A stretch of 64,000 nt of DNA, taken from the NCBI GenBank assembly GCA_019058315.1, contig JAHPZH010000001.1, positions 213,566 through 277,565 on the forward strand, given 5' to 3'. Below, one piece after another: positions 49,800-59,568 of this stretch. The position numbers and the translations under genes are program-made. Source of the DNA: Candidatus Helarchaeota archaeon. GTDB lineage: Archaea > Asgardarchaeota > Lokiarchaeia > Helarchaeales > RDOG01. Each line of letters starts with the position of its first letter. The first letter of the stretch is position 1. The notes beneath the pieces were generated by a model. That model was given only the letters and a program-made list of their open reading frames with translations, made no database searches and was not told where the DNA came from.

Positions 49800-50246
49800 G
49801 TGATACATATGACGATCTTAAAAGATGTATGGGTTCTTACAATAGATGGCATTCCCGTATATCACCAATCATTGGAATCTGATTTAGATGAAAGTTTGTT
49901 TGGTGGTTTCATGTCTGCAATATGTACTTTTATCGAGGAAATGGGGGAAAAGGATCTTAGCCAATTGGAAATGGCAGGTTCGAAAATAAGAATACTTAGA
50001 TCTGAAGATAAACGATGGTTATTTGTTGGGAGATCAGATATAAAAATAAAGGACAAGAAAATTGAAAAATATTTACGGGAAATAAGAGATATATTTTACA
50101 GGGAATATAATTCTATTTTACCTAAATGGAACGGAGATGTTTCCTGTTTCGATGGTATGGATAGTTATATTGACTTAACACAGTCTGAAACCCCAGAAAA
50201 GTTACAACAAGATAAGGAACAAAGAAAAAGGGGAGGATTTCTATAG
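49800..50246 (+). CDS. Longin/roadblock-like protein
   Basis: VWVLTIDGIPVY...DESLFGGFMSAICTF..EM...WNGDVSCF. Confidence 0.8.
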   Translation: MIHMTILKDVWVLTIDGIPVYHQSLESDLDESLFGGFMSAICTFIEEMGEKDLSQLEMAGSKIRILRSEDKRWLFVGRSDIKIKDKKIEKYLREIRDIFYREYNSILPKWNGDVSCFDGMDSYIDLTQSETPEKLQQDKEQRKRGGFL

Positions 50247-50261
50247 TAAAAGGTGTTTTAA

Positions 50262-50948
50262 TTGGATTTAATTGAGCTAAATTTGATTCTATTAGCAGTG
50301 ACGTTAATAACATTGATTATTATTTGTGGCTATCGAGTGATACAAAATCTAAAGACTGAAGGTCGAAATGCGGCGATTTTTTTCTTATTGATATGGTTAA
50401 TTAGCTTTATGGTAACCTTATTAGCCATGGGTGGACAAGCCGCACCTTATGGTTCAAAATCTGCCGAAGTCTTCATTAGAACTGCAGATTCCCTCTCTCC
50501 CGGAATAATGTTGTCAATGGTCTTCTTTTCTGACTCAATTTTATACGGCACGATCTACAAAGAAAGAAAAGCATTACTGCTTTCTCTTTATGTCTTAATA
50601 CAAGGTATAATTATCTCTATATTATATTGGACTTTACCAGTCACATTCTTAGTACCGTCTCTAGGAAATATAATTAATGAAATAACATATTCGCTTCATT
50701 TTCTCATTACAATAGTAGTAATGCCAATGATTATTCCTATATTATACACATTCATTGATATGGAGCGAATAGATCCAGCTAATAAACTGAAATACCGACT
50801 ATATTTTATAGGATTTATATGCATCCTTGTAAATATTGCCTTTGATATGCCAGGAACACTACCAGAGCTGGTATTCGTTTGGAGAAATTTTGCTTTAGCC
50901 TCCGTAGTCCTATCGCTTATCGCCCAATTACTGCCCCGAAAAGACTAG
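50262..50948 (+). CDS. Predicted 7-TM membrane protein
   Basis: Seven hydrophobic segments by inspection; AAGGTG RBS; 15 bp after the longin gene. Confidence 0.65.
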   Translation: MDLIELNLILLAVTLITLIIICGYRVIQNLKTEGRNAAIFFLLIWLISFMVTLLAMGGQAAPYGSKSAEVFIRTADSLSPGIMLSMVFFSDSILYGTIYKERKALLLSLYVLIQGIIISILYWTLPVTFLVPSLGNIINEITYSLHFLITIVVMPMIIPILYTFIDMERIDPANKLKYRLYFIGFICILVNIAFDMPGTLPELVFVWRNFALASVVLSLIAQLLPRKD

Positions 50949-51253
50949 TTATCTTGAAATCTATAAATCTTTTTACTCTCAATTCTTTTTTTTCCATTTT
51001 GGATAATTTTTAAACAAATTTATTATATTATCATGAAATAATTAGAGAGGATTTTCCTAATTTCATTTATTAAATACAAAATATTTTATTAATATAAAAT
51101 GAATTAGAAAAGTTTTTGTAGTAAAACATTATCTTCTTTCTTCAATAAAAAAAAATGTACGACATTTACCTTGAAAAAGTAGAAGTCGGATAATTAGATG
51201 CCTCCTTGGCTTATTAAAAATACTTCTCCTTTATGTAAATAGGAGTTTTTATA

Positions 51254-52045
51254 TTGCCAAATCCAAAAAACAATCATAAAGTTTGGAATTATTTATTAGA
51301 GAGGATAGAGGAAGATGGAACTCTACATTTCACTCTTATAGATCCTGATCTTACATTCCAAACACTTAGATTTATAGGGAAAGTTATAAAATACTGTACA
51401 GAAGCAGGTACAGACGCTATTCTGGTCGGAGGCTCTACAATTGCTGATCAATTAGCTGTTCAAAAAGTTGTAAATAAAATTAAAGAAAATTCAGATCGTC
51501 CTGTAATAATATTTCCTGGAAACATTAATGCTTTTTCCAAAGCTGCAGATGCTATATTTTTTATGTCCTTGTTAAATAGTAGAAATTTATATTGGATTAT
51601 TCAATCTCACATGATTGGAGCCCCACAATTAAAACTTTGGAATATGGAATCAATATCATTAGCATATCTAATTATTGAGCCTGGTGGTACTGCTGGATAT
51701 ATTGGGGATGTAAGATTAATCCCTAGAAATAAACCGAAAATTACCTCAGCATACGCATTAGCTGCCCAATATATTGGTTTTAAAGCTGCATATTTAGAAG
51801 CTGGAAGTGGTGTAGATAAAAGTGTTCCTGTAGAAATGGTAAAAGCAACTAGTAATTTCGTTGATATTCCCTTATTTATTGGTGGTGGTATCAATAATGG
51901 AAAAGTCGCCGCTCAATATGCTTCTGCTGGGGCAGCAGCTGTAGTTCAAGGAACATATATCGAAAAAAAAGTTATTCAAGATAAAGGAGCCGCTTTAAAA
52001 AGAATTGTTAAAGAAATTAAATTAGCAGCCCGTAAAAATCTCTAG
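51254..52045 (+). CDS. Geranylgeranylglyceryl phosphate synthase (GGGPS)
   Basis: HFTLIDPD, TDAILVGGST, IFPG, SLLNSRN.YWI, YLEAGSG, GGGI; AGGAG RBS. Confidence 0.92.
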   Translation: MPNPKNNHKVWNYLLERIEEDGTLHFTLIDPDLTFQTLRFIGKVIKYCTEAGTDAILVGGSTIADQLAVQKVVNKIKENSDRPVIIFPGNINAFSKAADAIFFMSLLNSRNLYWIIQSHMIGAPQLKLWNMESISLAYLIIEPGGTAGYIGDVRLIPRNKPKITSAYALAAQYIGFKAAYLEAGSGVDKSVPVEMVKATSNFVDIPLFIGGGINNGKVAAQYASAGAAAVVQGTYIEKKVIQDKGAALKRIVKEIKLAARKNL

Positions 52046-52055
52046 AGGAATTTTT

Positions 52056-52991
52056 ATGACTTTAAATTTTCTCATAACTAACCCAGCTTTATTTTGGATT
52101 CTTGCAATTATAGGTGGAATTGTTGTAGGCTTATTTGGGCTATTATCAATTAAAGCTGGTATTGTCGACACTTCTGGATTAATCGCCGGATTTATTGTAG
52201 GTTTAGGTGTATGGATTGGGGGTGGTTTTACATGGTTTTTAATAATATTAACATTTCATTTAGTTGCTGGGGGTTTTACAAAGTATAAATATGAAAGAAA
52301 GAGAAAAGCTGGTTTTGCGCAAGAAAAAGGAGGGGCACGTGGTTGGCCAAATGTTTTTGCAAATGGGGGATTTGCCACAATATGTGCTGTTTTTGGTGGT
52401 GTTGCTCTATATTATGCCCAAAGTAGCTCTTTTACGGTTATTCAGAATTTGGATCTGTTAGGAATTGCTTTTTTTGGGTTCCTTGGTGCTGTATCTACAA
52501 TGATTGCTGATACACTAGGAACTGAAATTGGTTTATTAAGTAAATCAAAACCTAGGTTAATTACCCATCTAAATCAAAAAGTAGAGCCAGGCACTTCTGG
52601 TGGTGTGACAATTTTAGGGGAGCTTGGTGGAGTTCTCGGATCCCTTATAGTTTCACTGATTGCTGTGTTTATTTATATAATCCATATTACATTTGGATTT
52701 CCATTTTTTCAGCTTCCATTTTTTGGACTTGAATTAATTATAATCGGTATAGTTTCTGGTTTAGCTGGTGGTGCTGTAGATTCGGTTATTGGTGCAACTG
52801 TACAAGGAATTTTCCAATGCCAGGGTGCATGTAAAAAAATTACTGAAAAAAGTAAGCATTGCGGAGTACCAGCAAAACATCTTCGGGGATGGAGATACTT
52901 AGAAAATAATATGGTAAATTTTCTTGCCAGTCTTTCAGGAGGAATTGTTGCTATTATTTTAGGATATATATTTTTAATATTGAGGATTTAA
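52056..52991 (+). CDS. DUF92/TMEM19 membrane protein (VTE6-like prenyl-phosphate kinase family)
   Basis: TKYKY..K, RGWPNVFANG, ADTLGTEIG, PRLIT, PGTSGGVT, DSVIGATVQ, NNMVN. Confidence 0.9.
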   Translation: MTLNFLITNPALFWILAIIGGIVVGLFGLLSIKAGIVDTSGLIAGFIVGLGVWIGGGFTWFLIILTFHLVAGGFTKYKYERKRKAGFAQEKGGARGWPNVFANGGFATICAVFGGVALYYAQSSSFTVIQNLDLLGIAFFGFLGAVSTMIADTLGTEIGLLSKSKPRLITHLNQKVEPGTSGGVTILGELGGVLGSLIVSLIAVFIYIIHITFGFPFFQLPFFGLELIIIGIVSGLAGGAVDSVIGATVQGIFQCQGACKKITEKSKHCGVPAKHLRGWRYLENNMVNFLASLSGGIVAIILGYIFLILRI

Positions 52992-53008
52992 TATTGAGGT
53001 GAAGTTTA

Positions 53009-53800
53009 ATGGGAGATATATTGTATAATTTTATTGTTTTAATTTGTGCATATCTTTATGTGTTTATAGTTGTTGGAATTGGCATCTTTATTCAAAAGAA
53101 GACTAATAAAAGCTCTGAATTTACAAGAAAAACCATTCATGTTCTTGCGGGATTTGTGGTGTATTCAGTCTTTTTATTTACTCCAGATTTTGCGTGGCTA
53201 GCTTTAATTATCGCTATTACATTTGTTATTTTACTTTGGGCTAGTGGACCCACCGGACCGGAATTCATGAAAGCTATGTTCGACTCTATGGCAAGAACTG
53301 ATGATATAGAAGAAGGTAAAATTTATGGTCCACTTTATTATGCGATTTCAATAACAATATTAACTACTATTTTTACACTTCCATTTTGGAATTTAGTTGA
53401 ACTTTATTGGATTCCAGCCTCTGCTTTGTCAATAATGTATTTAGGTGACGGTATTGCCCCATTTATAGGCAAAAAGTTCGGAAGATATCAATACGGTCCT
53501 AATAAAAGAACAATTACTGGATCAGTTGCAGTTTTTATACTTGGAATAATTGGATGCCTCATAACGATGTTTATTGCTGTTACCTTAACGAACGGTGGTC
53601 TTTCTTCCCAAAAGTTAGAAATTAATATATTTACATTAGTCGTCTCTATAATAACTGCAGGTGTTTTTACAATACTTGAAGCAATTACACCTAAAGGATT
53701 CGATAATATAACGTGCCCTCTTACAAGTACTCTCGTTTTATGGCTAATTTCCTCGTGGGTTATACCAACCGTTCCGAGATTTATTGCTTTATTTCCCTAA
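53009..53800 (+). CDS. Phytol/dolichol kinase-like membrane protein (SEC59/VTE5 family)
   Basis: TRKTIH, GPLYYA, GDGIAPFIGKKFG, KRTITGS, E..TPKGFDNI; GAGGTGA RBS. Confidence 0.88.
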   Translation: MGDILYNFIVLICAYLYVFIVVGIGIFIQKKTNKSSEFTRKTIHVLAGFVVYSVFLFTPDFAWLALIIAITFVILLWASGPTGPEFMKAMFDSMARTDDIEEGKIYGPLYYAISITILTTIFTLPFWNLVELYWIPASALSIMYLGDGIAPFIGKKFGRYQYGPNKRTITGSVAVFILGIIGCLITMFIAVTLTNGGLSSQKLEINIFTLVVSIITAGVFTILEAITPKGFDNITCPLTSTLVLWLISSWVIPTVPRFIALFP

Positions 53801-53857
53801 TTTTTAAAAAAATGAAAAAAATAGAATATTTGGGTTAAAAAAATTATTATTCTGACT

Positions 53858-55945
53858 TTAACGTTCTTGCAATCGACGAATTAATATTAGACCTATAAAT
53901 GAACCAACCGCTACAAGTACCATAACTAATGTGATTAAAGGCAAATTATCCTCTTTAGGAATAAGCAAAAGTAATAATGGTAAAAGACTAGGTTCTGAAG
54001 GTGAGGGACCTCTTGTAATATTTACAAAAACAGTGTCAGTTAAAACTTGACCTGTAGTTGTGTTGAATTCAATTGTATAATTGAATAATCCTATCGTAGA
54101 TCGATTTATTGCTATATTTAATGGTGTTGCATTTGGCCAAGTTGTCCAATTAATCCATACATAATAATTATCATTAGTATCATTTACCCATATTCTGTAA
54201 TATCCCGAACCGAAATCATCAAATAAGGTCCAATTAATGGTTTCTGAACTGGTTGTTGTTGTATTAATATCTGAAGGTTGGTTAGTAGTTGGTAGTGCAT
54301 CCGTTATATTAACTATGACGATATCTGTGTTTAATTGGTTGTAACTGTCATTAAATTGAATTGTGTAATTGTAAATTCCCGGGGCAGTGCGATTAATTGT
54401 TATATTATATTGTGTATTATTTGTCCATGATGCCCAATCTACCCATACATAATAATTATCATTTGTATCATTTGCCAATACTCTATATTGTCCCGTACCA
54501 AAATCATCGGATAGTGTCCAATTGATAGTTTCTGTTCCACTTGCAGAAGTCGTAATATCAGTTGGTTGGGTTGAAGTCGGTTTTTTATCTGAGGTTGTAT
54601 ACATTATTTCGGAATCAGTTCCCCATTCAGCATCAGTACCATCTTCCCAGACTATATGTACTCGTCCATTATTCTCAGCTATTATACTCGGTGAACCACT
54701 AAGACCAGAATTCCAACCGTAAATATCCGAAATCGCTGTAGCATTGGACCATACAGCACTAGTATAGTTTACATACATTATTTCCTGGTCTGTTCCCCAT
54801 TCACCGTCTGTATCATCTGACCAGACCACGTGTATTTTTCCATTCTTATCAACTACGATGCTTGGGGCAAGACTCAGGTCATTATTCCAACCATAAATGT
54901 CTGAAATCACAGTTGCATTTGACCAGCCCGCACTAGTATAGTTTGCATACATAATTTCGATATCTATTCCCCAGGTGCCATTTGTCCCATCTTCCCAGAC
55001 CACATGTAAGTTATTATCATTTGCAACTGCGATGCTTGGAGAACTACTATCATCATCATTCCAGCCATAAATATCCGAAATCACAGTTGCATTTGACCAA
55101 CTTGCACCTGTATAGTTTGCATACATTATTTCCTGGTCTGTTCCCCATTCACCAGCCGTCGAATCTTCCCAGACTACGTGTAAATTTCCATTATTATCAA
55201 TTGCAATGCTCGGAGAACTACTATCATCATTATTCCAACCATAAATATCTGAAATCACAGTTGCATTTGACCAGCCTGCACCAGTATTGTTTGCATACAT
55301 TATTTCCCAGTCTCCTCCCCATTCACCGTCTGTATCATCTGACCAGACCACGTGTATATTACTATTATTATCGACTACGATGCTAGTGAATCTACTATCC
55401 TGATCATTCCATCCATAAATGTCTGAAATTACAGTTGCATTTGACCAGCCCACACTTGTATAATTTGCATACATAATTTCGCTATCAGTTCCCCATTCAC
55501 CATCTGTATCATCTTCCCAGACCACGTGTAAGTTACTATTATTATCAACTGCGATACTCGGGGCAAGACTCGGCTCATTATTCCAACCGTAAATATCTGA
55601 AATCACAGTTGCATTTGACCAGCCAGCACTAGTATAGTTTGCATACATAATTTCGGAATCAGTTCCCCATTCACCATTTGTATAATCTTCCCAAACAACA
55701 TGTATGTTTCCATTATTATCGACTGCAATGCTTGGATCTAAGCTTTCGTCAATATTCCAGTTGTTAATGTCTGAAATTACTGTAGCATTAAACCAACTAG
55801 AAGTATTTAGGGTCGAATGGTTATTTTCGTTAACTGCAGATAAGGGTATAACTACAGAATTAAATTTAGATAAAGAACCAACAAATATTAATGTAAAAAT
55901 TAAGAAAATCTGAGTAATTACTATTATTGCTTTTTTTTTCTTCAT
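53858..55945 (-). CDS. Membrane-anchored surface protein: 7-repeat beta-propeller + two Ig-like domains + C-terminal TM
   Basis: Signal peptide; 7 x 58-aa WSNATVISDIYGWN..S..PSI.VD....HVVW.D repeats; 2 x ETINWTL.DDFG.G.YR; TM followed by RR. Confidence 0.85.
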   Translation of the reverse strand: MKKKKAIIVITQIFLIFTLIFVGSLSKFNSVVIPLSAVNENNHSTLNTSSWFNATVISDINNWNIDESLDPSIAVDNNGNIHVVWEDYTNGEWGTDSEIMYANYTSAGWSNATVISDIYGWNNEPSLAPSIAVDNNSNLHVVWEDDTDGEWGTDSEIMYANYTSVGWSNATVISDIYGWNDQDSRFTSIVVDNNSNIHVVWSDDTDGEWGGDWEIMYANNTGAGWSNATVISDIYGWNNDDSSSPSIAIDNNGNLHVVWEDSTAGEWGTDQEIMYANYTGASWSNATVISDIYGWNDDDSSSPSIAVANDNNLHVVWEDGTNGTWGIDIEIMYANYTSAGWSNATVISDIYGWNNDLSLAPSIVVDKNGKIHVVWSDDTDGEWGTDQEIMYVNYTSAVWSNATAISDIYGWNSGLSGSPSIIAENNGRVHIVWEDGTDAEWGTDSEIMYTTSDKKPTSTQPTDITTSASGTETINWTLSDDFGTGQYRVLANDTNDNYYVWVDWASWTNNTQYNITINRTAPGIYNYTIQFNDSYNQLNTDIVIVNITDALPTTNQPSDINTTTTSSETINWTLFDDFGSGYYRIWVNDTNDNYYVWINWTTWPNATPLNIAINRSTIGLFNYTIEFNTTTGQVLTDTVFVNITRGPSPSEPSLLPLLLLLIPKEDNLPLITLVMVLVAVGSFIGLILIRRLQER
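54590..55800 (-). repeat. Intragenic 174-bp tandem repeat x7
   Basis: gcatttgacc recurs at 55437 and 55611 (174-bp period); high nucleotide similarity across units. Confidence 0.95.
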
Positions 55946-56254
55946 AAAAACCCTTCTTTTAAGGAATTTGTAATAAAAATATATTTTTATTTTAAATTTA
56001 AATTTTTTTTAATATAATAAAGTCTGAATATTAATAAATTTGAGGGATAATAAATGGTTAATACAGTTTTAGTAACGATATATCGTGATAAAATCTTTAT
56101 GGACGGTGATGTGATCATAGATGATTAAGAAATTGAGGAATTATTTCCAGATTTTATATTACATTCCTTCAGACATTTAAAAAAAATAAATTTTGACTAG
56201 GATTAAAAAATTTGAATTTCTAAGTATAGTATCAATTTATTTTAATATTCCAAA

Positions 56255-56752
56255 TTAATTGGTCTTTTCTTTCGTTAAAATACTTTCTATTTTTTTAAGA
56301 GCTTGATTTATTTCAACGTTTTTTTCATCAATTGGTGAATTTTTTTCATGATCATCAATAGCTTTCTTAAATGTTATTAATTTTTTATGAGCTGCATCCA
56401 CATTTTTCCAAAAATTACTCAATTTTGGATTAATATTAAGTGCTTTTTCGTAACAGTCTAATGCTTTTTTAAAATTCCATAAATCCATATATACATTTCC
56501 CAATGCGTTCCAAGCATCAACATTATCAGGATTTAACTCAAGTATTTTCTTATAAGCACTAATTGCTTTATTATAGTCAGCTAATTTAGAAAAAACAGTT
56601 CCCGTATGATATAATGCCTTTTCATGTCTTGGATCGATTTCCACAACTTTCTGGAAATAATCTAGAGCTTTTTCAAATTTATATGCTTTAAAATATCTAA
56701 TTCCCTCTTCATATAAGCCTTGAACCGTTTTTTCATCTAAAGTTTCTGACAT
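56255..56752 (-). CDS. TPR-repeat protein
   Basis: Three TPR units (AL.YF.K..EIDP; AISAYKKILELNP; AWNALGNVY..ALDCYEKAL). Confidence 0.9.
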   Translation of the reverse strand: MSETLDEKTVQGLYEEGIRYFKAYKFEKALDYFQKVVEIDPRHEKALYHTGTVFSKLADYNKAISAYKKILELNPDNVDAWNALGNVYMDLWNFKKALDCYEKALNINPKLSNFWKNVDAAHKKLITFKKAIDDHEKNSPIDEKNVEINQALKKIESILTKEKTN

Positions 56753-56781
56753 TGATATCTATATAATTGAAAAATATCTAA

Positions 56782-57726
56782 TTATTTAAATTTGGTTAAA
56801 TAGGCAATGATATTCTTTTTTTTAGCTTTTTTTGCAACATCTAAAGGTGTATCTCCAATTTTATAGGGTTCAAAGTCTTTTGTTAGTTTTGAATTTACAT
56901 CTCCACCTTTTTTAATGAGAAATTTCAAAACATCTAGATGTCCATTTTCCGTAGCTTCATGTAAAGGTGTAAAACCATAATTTTCTTTAATAGTTACATC
57001 TGCTCCCGCTGCTATTAACATTTTAACAATATTTAAGTGACCTTTACGACTTGCGAAATGTAATGCAGTTAGACCAAAAACATCTTGATGGTTTATATTT
57101 TCGACTCCTTTTTTCAATAACATCTCGACAATTTCATCACAACCTTCATCAGATGCATGAAAAAGAGGTGTTTGATCTTCTTTCTTTGTTTTTTGATTCA
57201 CATTTATCCCATTATCAATCAGATATTTCACAGTGTTTATATAACCGTAATATTCATCATCTGGATGAGATCCCTGAATTTTACGAATCTCATCTGGATC
57301 ACTAATTTCAACTTTTTTTCCATTGCGTTCTATTATAAGTTTGAAATCCATGGGTCTCCCAGGTAATTTTTTGGCGATTTCATGGATTGGATTAAATCCA
57401 CTATCCAATGCTACATCAATTTTCGCACCGTTTTTATGGAGATAGACTACCACATCATAAAAACCCTCAAGTGCCGCCATATATAAAGGAGATTCATTAT
57501 CTATAGTTACCGCATTAACATTCGCACCATTTTCAACAAGTAATTTCGTAATTTCCAAAAATTTTTTATCTTGAAGATGTGGCATCCAAGTCATGGCATT
57601 ATGGAGAGCTGTAAGACCATCTTCATTTGCCGCATTGACATCCACACCATCCGCAATCAATTTTTTAATTTCTTCAATTCTACCTGAATAAGCATAACCT
57701 CTAAGATCTTTCTCTTTTTCACTCAT
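56782..57726 (-). CDS. Ankyrin-repeat protein
   Basis: GLTALHNA, QTPLFHAS, GLTALHFASRKGH, GFTPLHEA, GDTPLDVA. Confidence 0.92.
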   Translation of the reverse strand: MSEKEKDLRGYAYSGRIEEIKKLIADGVDVNAANEDGLTALHNAMTWMPHLQDKKFLEITKLLVENGANVNAVTIDNESPLYMAALEGFYDVVVYLHKNGAKIDVALDSGFNPIHEIAKKLPGRPMDFKLIIERNGKKVEISDPDEIRKIQGSHPDDEYYGYINTVKYLIDNGINVNQKTKKEDQTPLFHASDEGCDEIVEMLLKKGVENINHQDVFGLTALHFASRKGHLNIVKMLIAAGADVTIKENYGFTPLHEATENGHLDVLKFLIKKGGDVNSKLTKDFEPYKIGDTPLDVAKKAKKKNIIAYLTKFK

Positions 57727-57933
57727 TATAACACCTTATTTCCATATCTCAATTTTTAAAATTAAATTGATTGAATATTTAGTTTTATAGCAATAGTTCA
57801 AACCATATTTTTCTATTTATTTATTCATATCAAATTTAAAATCATAGCTAATTATGAAACAAAAATTATTTATTCTAAAAAAAACAAATATCTTTACTTT
57901 TTTTCTTTTTTAATATTTAAAGGGAATGATTTT

Positions 57934-59553
57934 ATGAATAAAAAAGAAATTATTTTTCTTTTAACCTTACAGATATTTACATATCTAGCGATAGTTCCTT
58001 GCTTTATATCAATTTCAAATGATTCATCGTTAAATGAAAACATGATAAATTTGAATTCAGTAAGCTCAATAAGTAAATTACAAGAATCTGCTTGGATAAA
58101 TAATGGTGTTCCAATAGTGAATTTATCAAATGGGCAAACCTTTCCTCAAATTTGTTCTGACGGAGCTGGAGGAGCAATAATTGTTTGGCATGATGAGAGA
58201 GATGCATTTAATAATGATAGAATTTATGTCCAGCGTATTAATTCGAGTGGAGATATATATTGGACTACAAATGGAGTTCTTATTTGTGCTTTAATAAATT
58301 CTGTTTTAGATCAGATAAAAATTATTGCTAATGGAAATGGAGGAGCCATAATAACATGGAGGGATTATAGAGATAGCAATTACGATATTTACGCCCAGAA
58401 GATAAATTCAACCGGGCATACAAAGTGGTTCGGGAATGGATTAGCCATTTGCAATGATACATCAGCCCAAGAGTCTCCAAACCTTTGTAGCGATGGTGCT
58501 GGAGGAGCTATAATCACTTGGCATGATTATAGAAATTTTGGGACTACTGATTATGACATCTATGCTCAACATATTGACACAAATGGTATCACTCAATGGA
58601 TGAACAATGGTACTTTAATATGTAATGCTAGCAATTATCAACGATATCCCCAATTATGTAGTGACGGAAATGGAGGTGCAATTATCACTTGGTATGATGG
58701 AAGAGGTACAAATTATGATATTTATGCACAAAGGATTAATTCTTCTGGAAATCTTTTATGGAATAACAATGGTGAAGTAATTTGCAATGCTACTGGTGAA
58801 CAATCTAATCCTAGAATTTGTAAAGATGGAATAAATGGCTCAATTATCGCTTGGGTAGATGCCAGAGACGTGGATAAAGATATTTACTCCCAAAGAATTA
58901 ATTCAAGTGGAATTGTCCAATGGATTTCAAATGGTATTTCTATATCTAAAGCTAATAATACCCAAGAAAATCAACAAATTTGCTCTAATGGGGTAAATGG
59001 GTCAATAATTGTATGGGAAGATAATAGAACTGGTTCCCGTGATATTTATGCCCAAAAAATTAATTTAACTGGATCTACTATATGGGAAGCTAATGGAAGT
59101 GTCATATGTGACGCCACTAATCATCAAGAGCAACCTCAAATTTGTGCTGACGAATTAGGTGGTGCGTTTTTTACATGGCAAGACCAAAGATCCAGTGCAT
59201 TTGATATATATGCACAATATATTGACAGCGATGGAATTGCACAATGGAGAAAAAATGGGATACCAGTATGTACAGCATCTGATGAGCAACGTTACCCTCA
59301 GCTTTGTGTGGATGGAGCTAATGAATTGATAATTACTTGGCATGATTTGAGAAACGGTACACTAGATTATGATATTTATGCTCAAGGGACATCAGCCATT
59401 AGGAAACAGGAGAAAGCGGGACTCGAACTAGAAGGAATTCTTTTAATTCTTAGTGCATTAAAAACAGAAGATACTTTTATTATACTAATTATAGGTATCG
59501 TTGCCGCTATAGTCGTTGTTGTCTTAATTGTGATAATCAAAAGACAAAAATAA
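57934..59553 (+). CDS. Membrane-anchored surface beta-propeller protein (8 repeats)
   Basis: Signal peptide; 8 x PQICSDG.GGAII.W.D.R...DIYAQ.I...G...W..NG; C-terminal TM followed by KRQK. Confidence 0.85.
   Translation: MNKKEIIFLLTLQIFTYLAIVPCFISISNDSSLNENMINLNSVSSISKLQESAWINNGVPIVNLSNGQTFPQICSDGAGGAIIVWHDERDAFNNDRIYVQRINSSGDIYWTTNGVLICALINSVLDQIKIIANGNGGAIITWRDYRDSNYDIYAQKINSTGHTKWFGNGLAICNDTSAQESPNLCSDGAGGAIITWHDYRNFGTTDYDIYAQHIDTNGITQWMNNGTLICNASNYQRYPQLCSDGNGGAIITWYDGRGTNYDIYAQRINSSGNLLWNNNGEVICNATGEQSNPRICKDGINGSIIAWVDARDVDKDIYSQRINSSGIVQWISNGISISKANNTQENQQICSNGVNGSIIVWEDNRTGSRDIYAQKINLTGSTIWEANGSVICDATNHQEQPQICADELGGAFFTWQDQRSSAFDIYAQYIDSDGIAQWRKNGIPVCTASDEQRYPQLCVDGANELIITWHDLRNGTLDYDIYAQGTSAIRKQEKAGLELEGILLILSALKTEDTFIILIIGIVAAIVVVVLIVIIKRQK
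58093..59390 (+). repeat. Eight ~55-60-aa propeller-blade repeats
   Basis: CSDG/DIYAQ motifs recur 8 times; more diverged at DNA level than the 174-bp array. Confidence 0.85.
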
Positions 59554-59568
59554 CTCATTTCTTTTTTT

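Noticed and set aside
50262-50948. 7-TM protein as a rhodopsin
   Set aside because: No retinal-binding Lys motif in the seventh helix.
51226-51245. CTCCT/AGGAG hairpin occluding the GGGPS RBS
   Set aside because: Only a 5-bp stem, compatible with chance.
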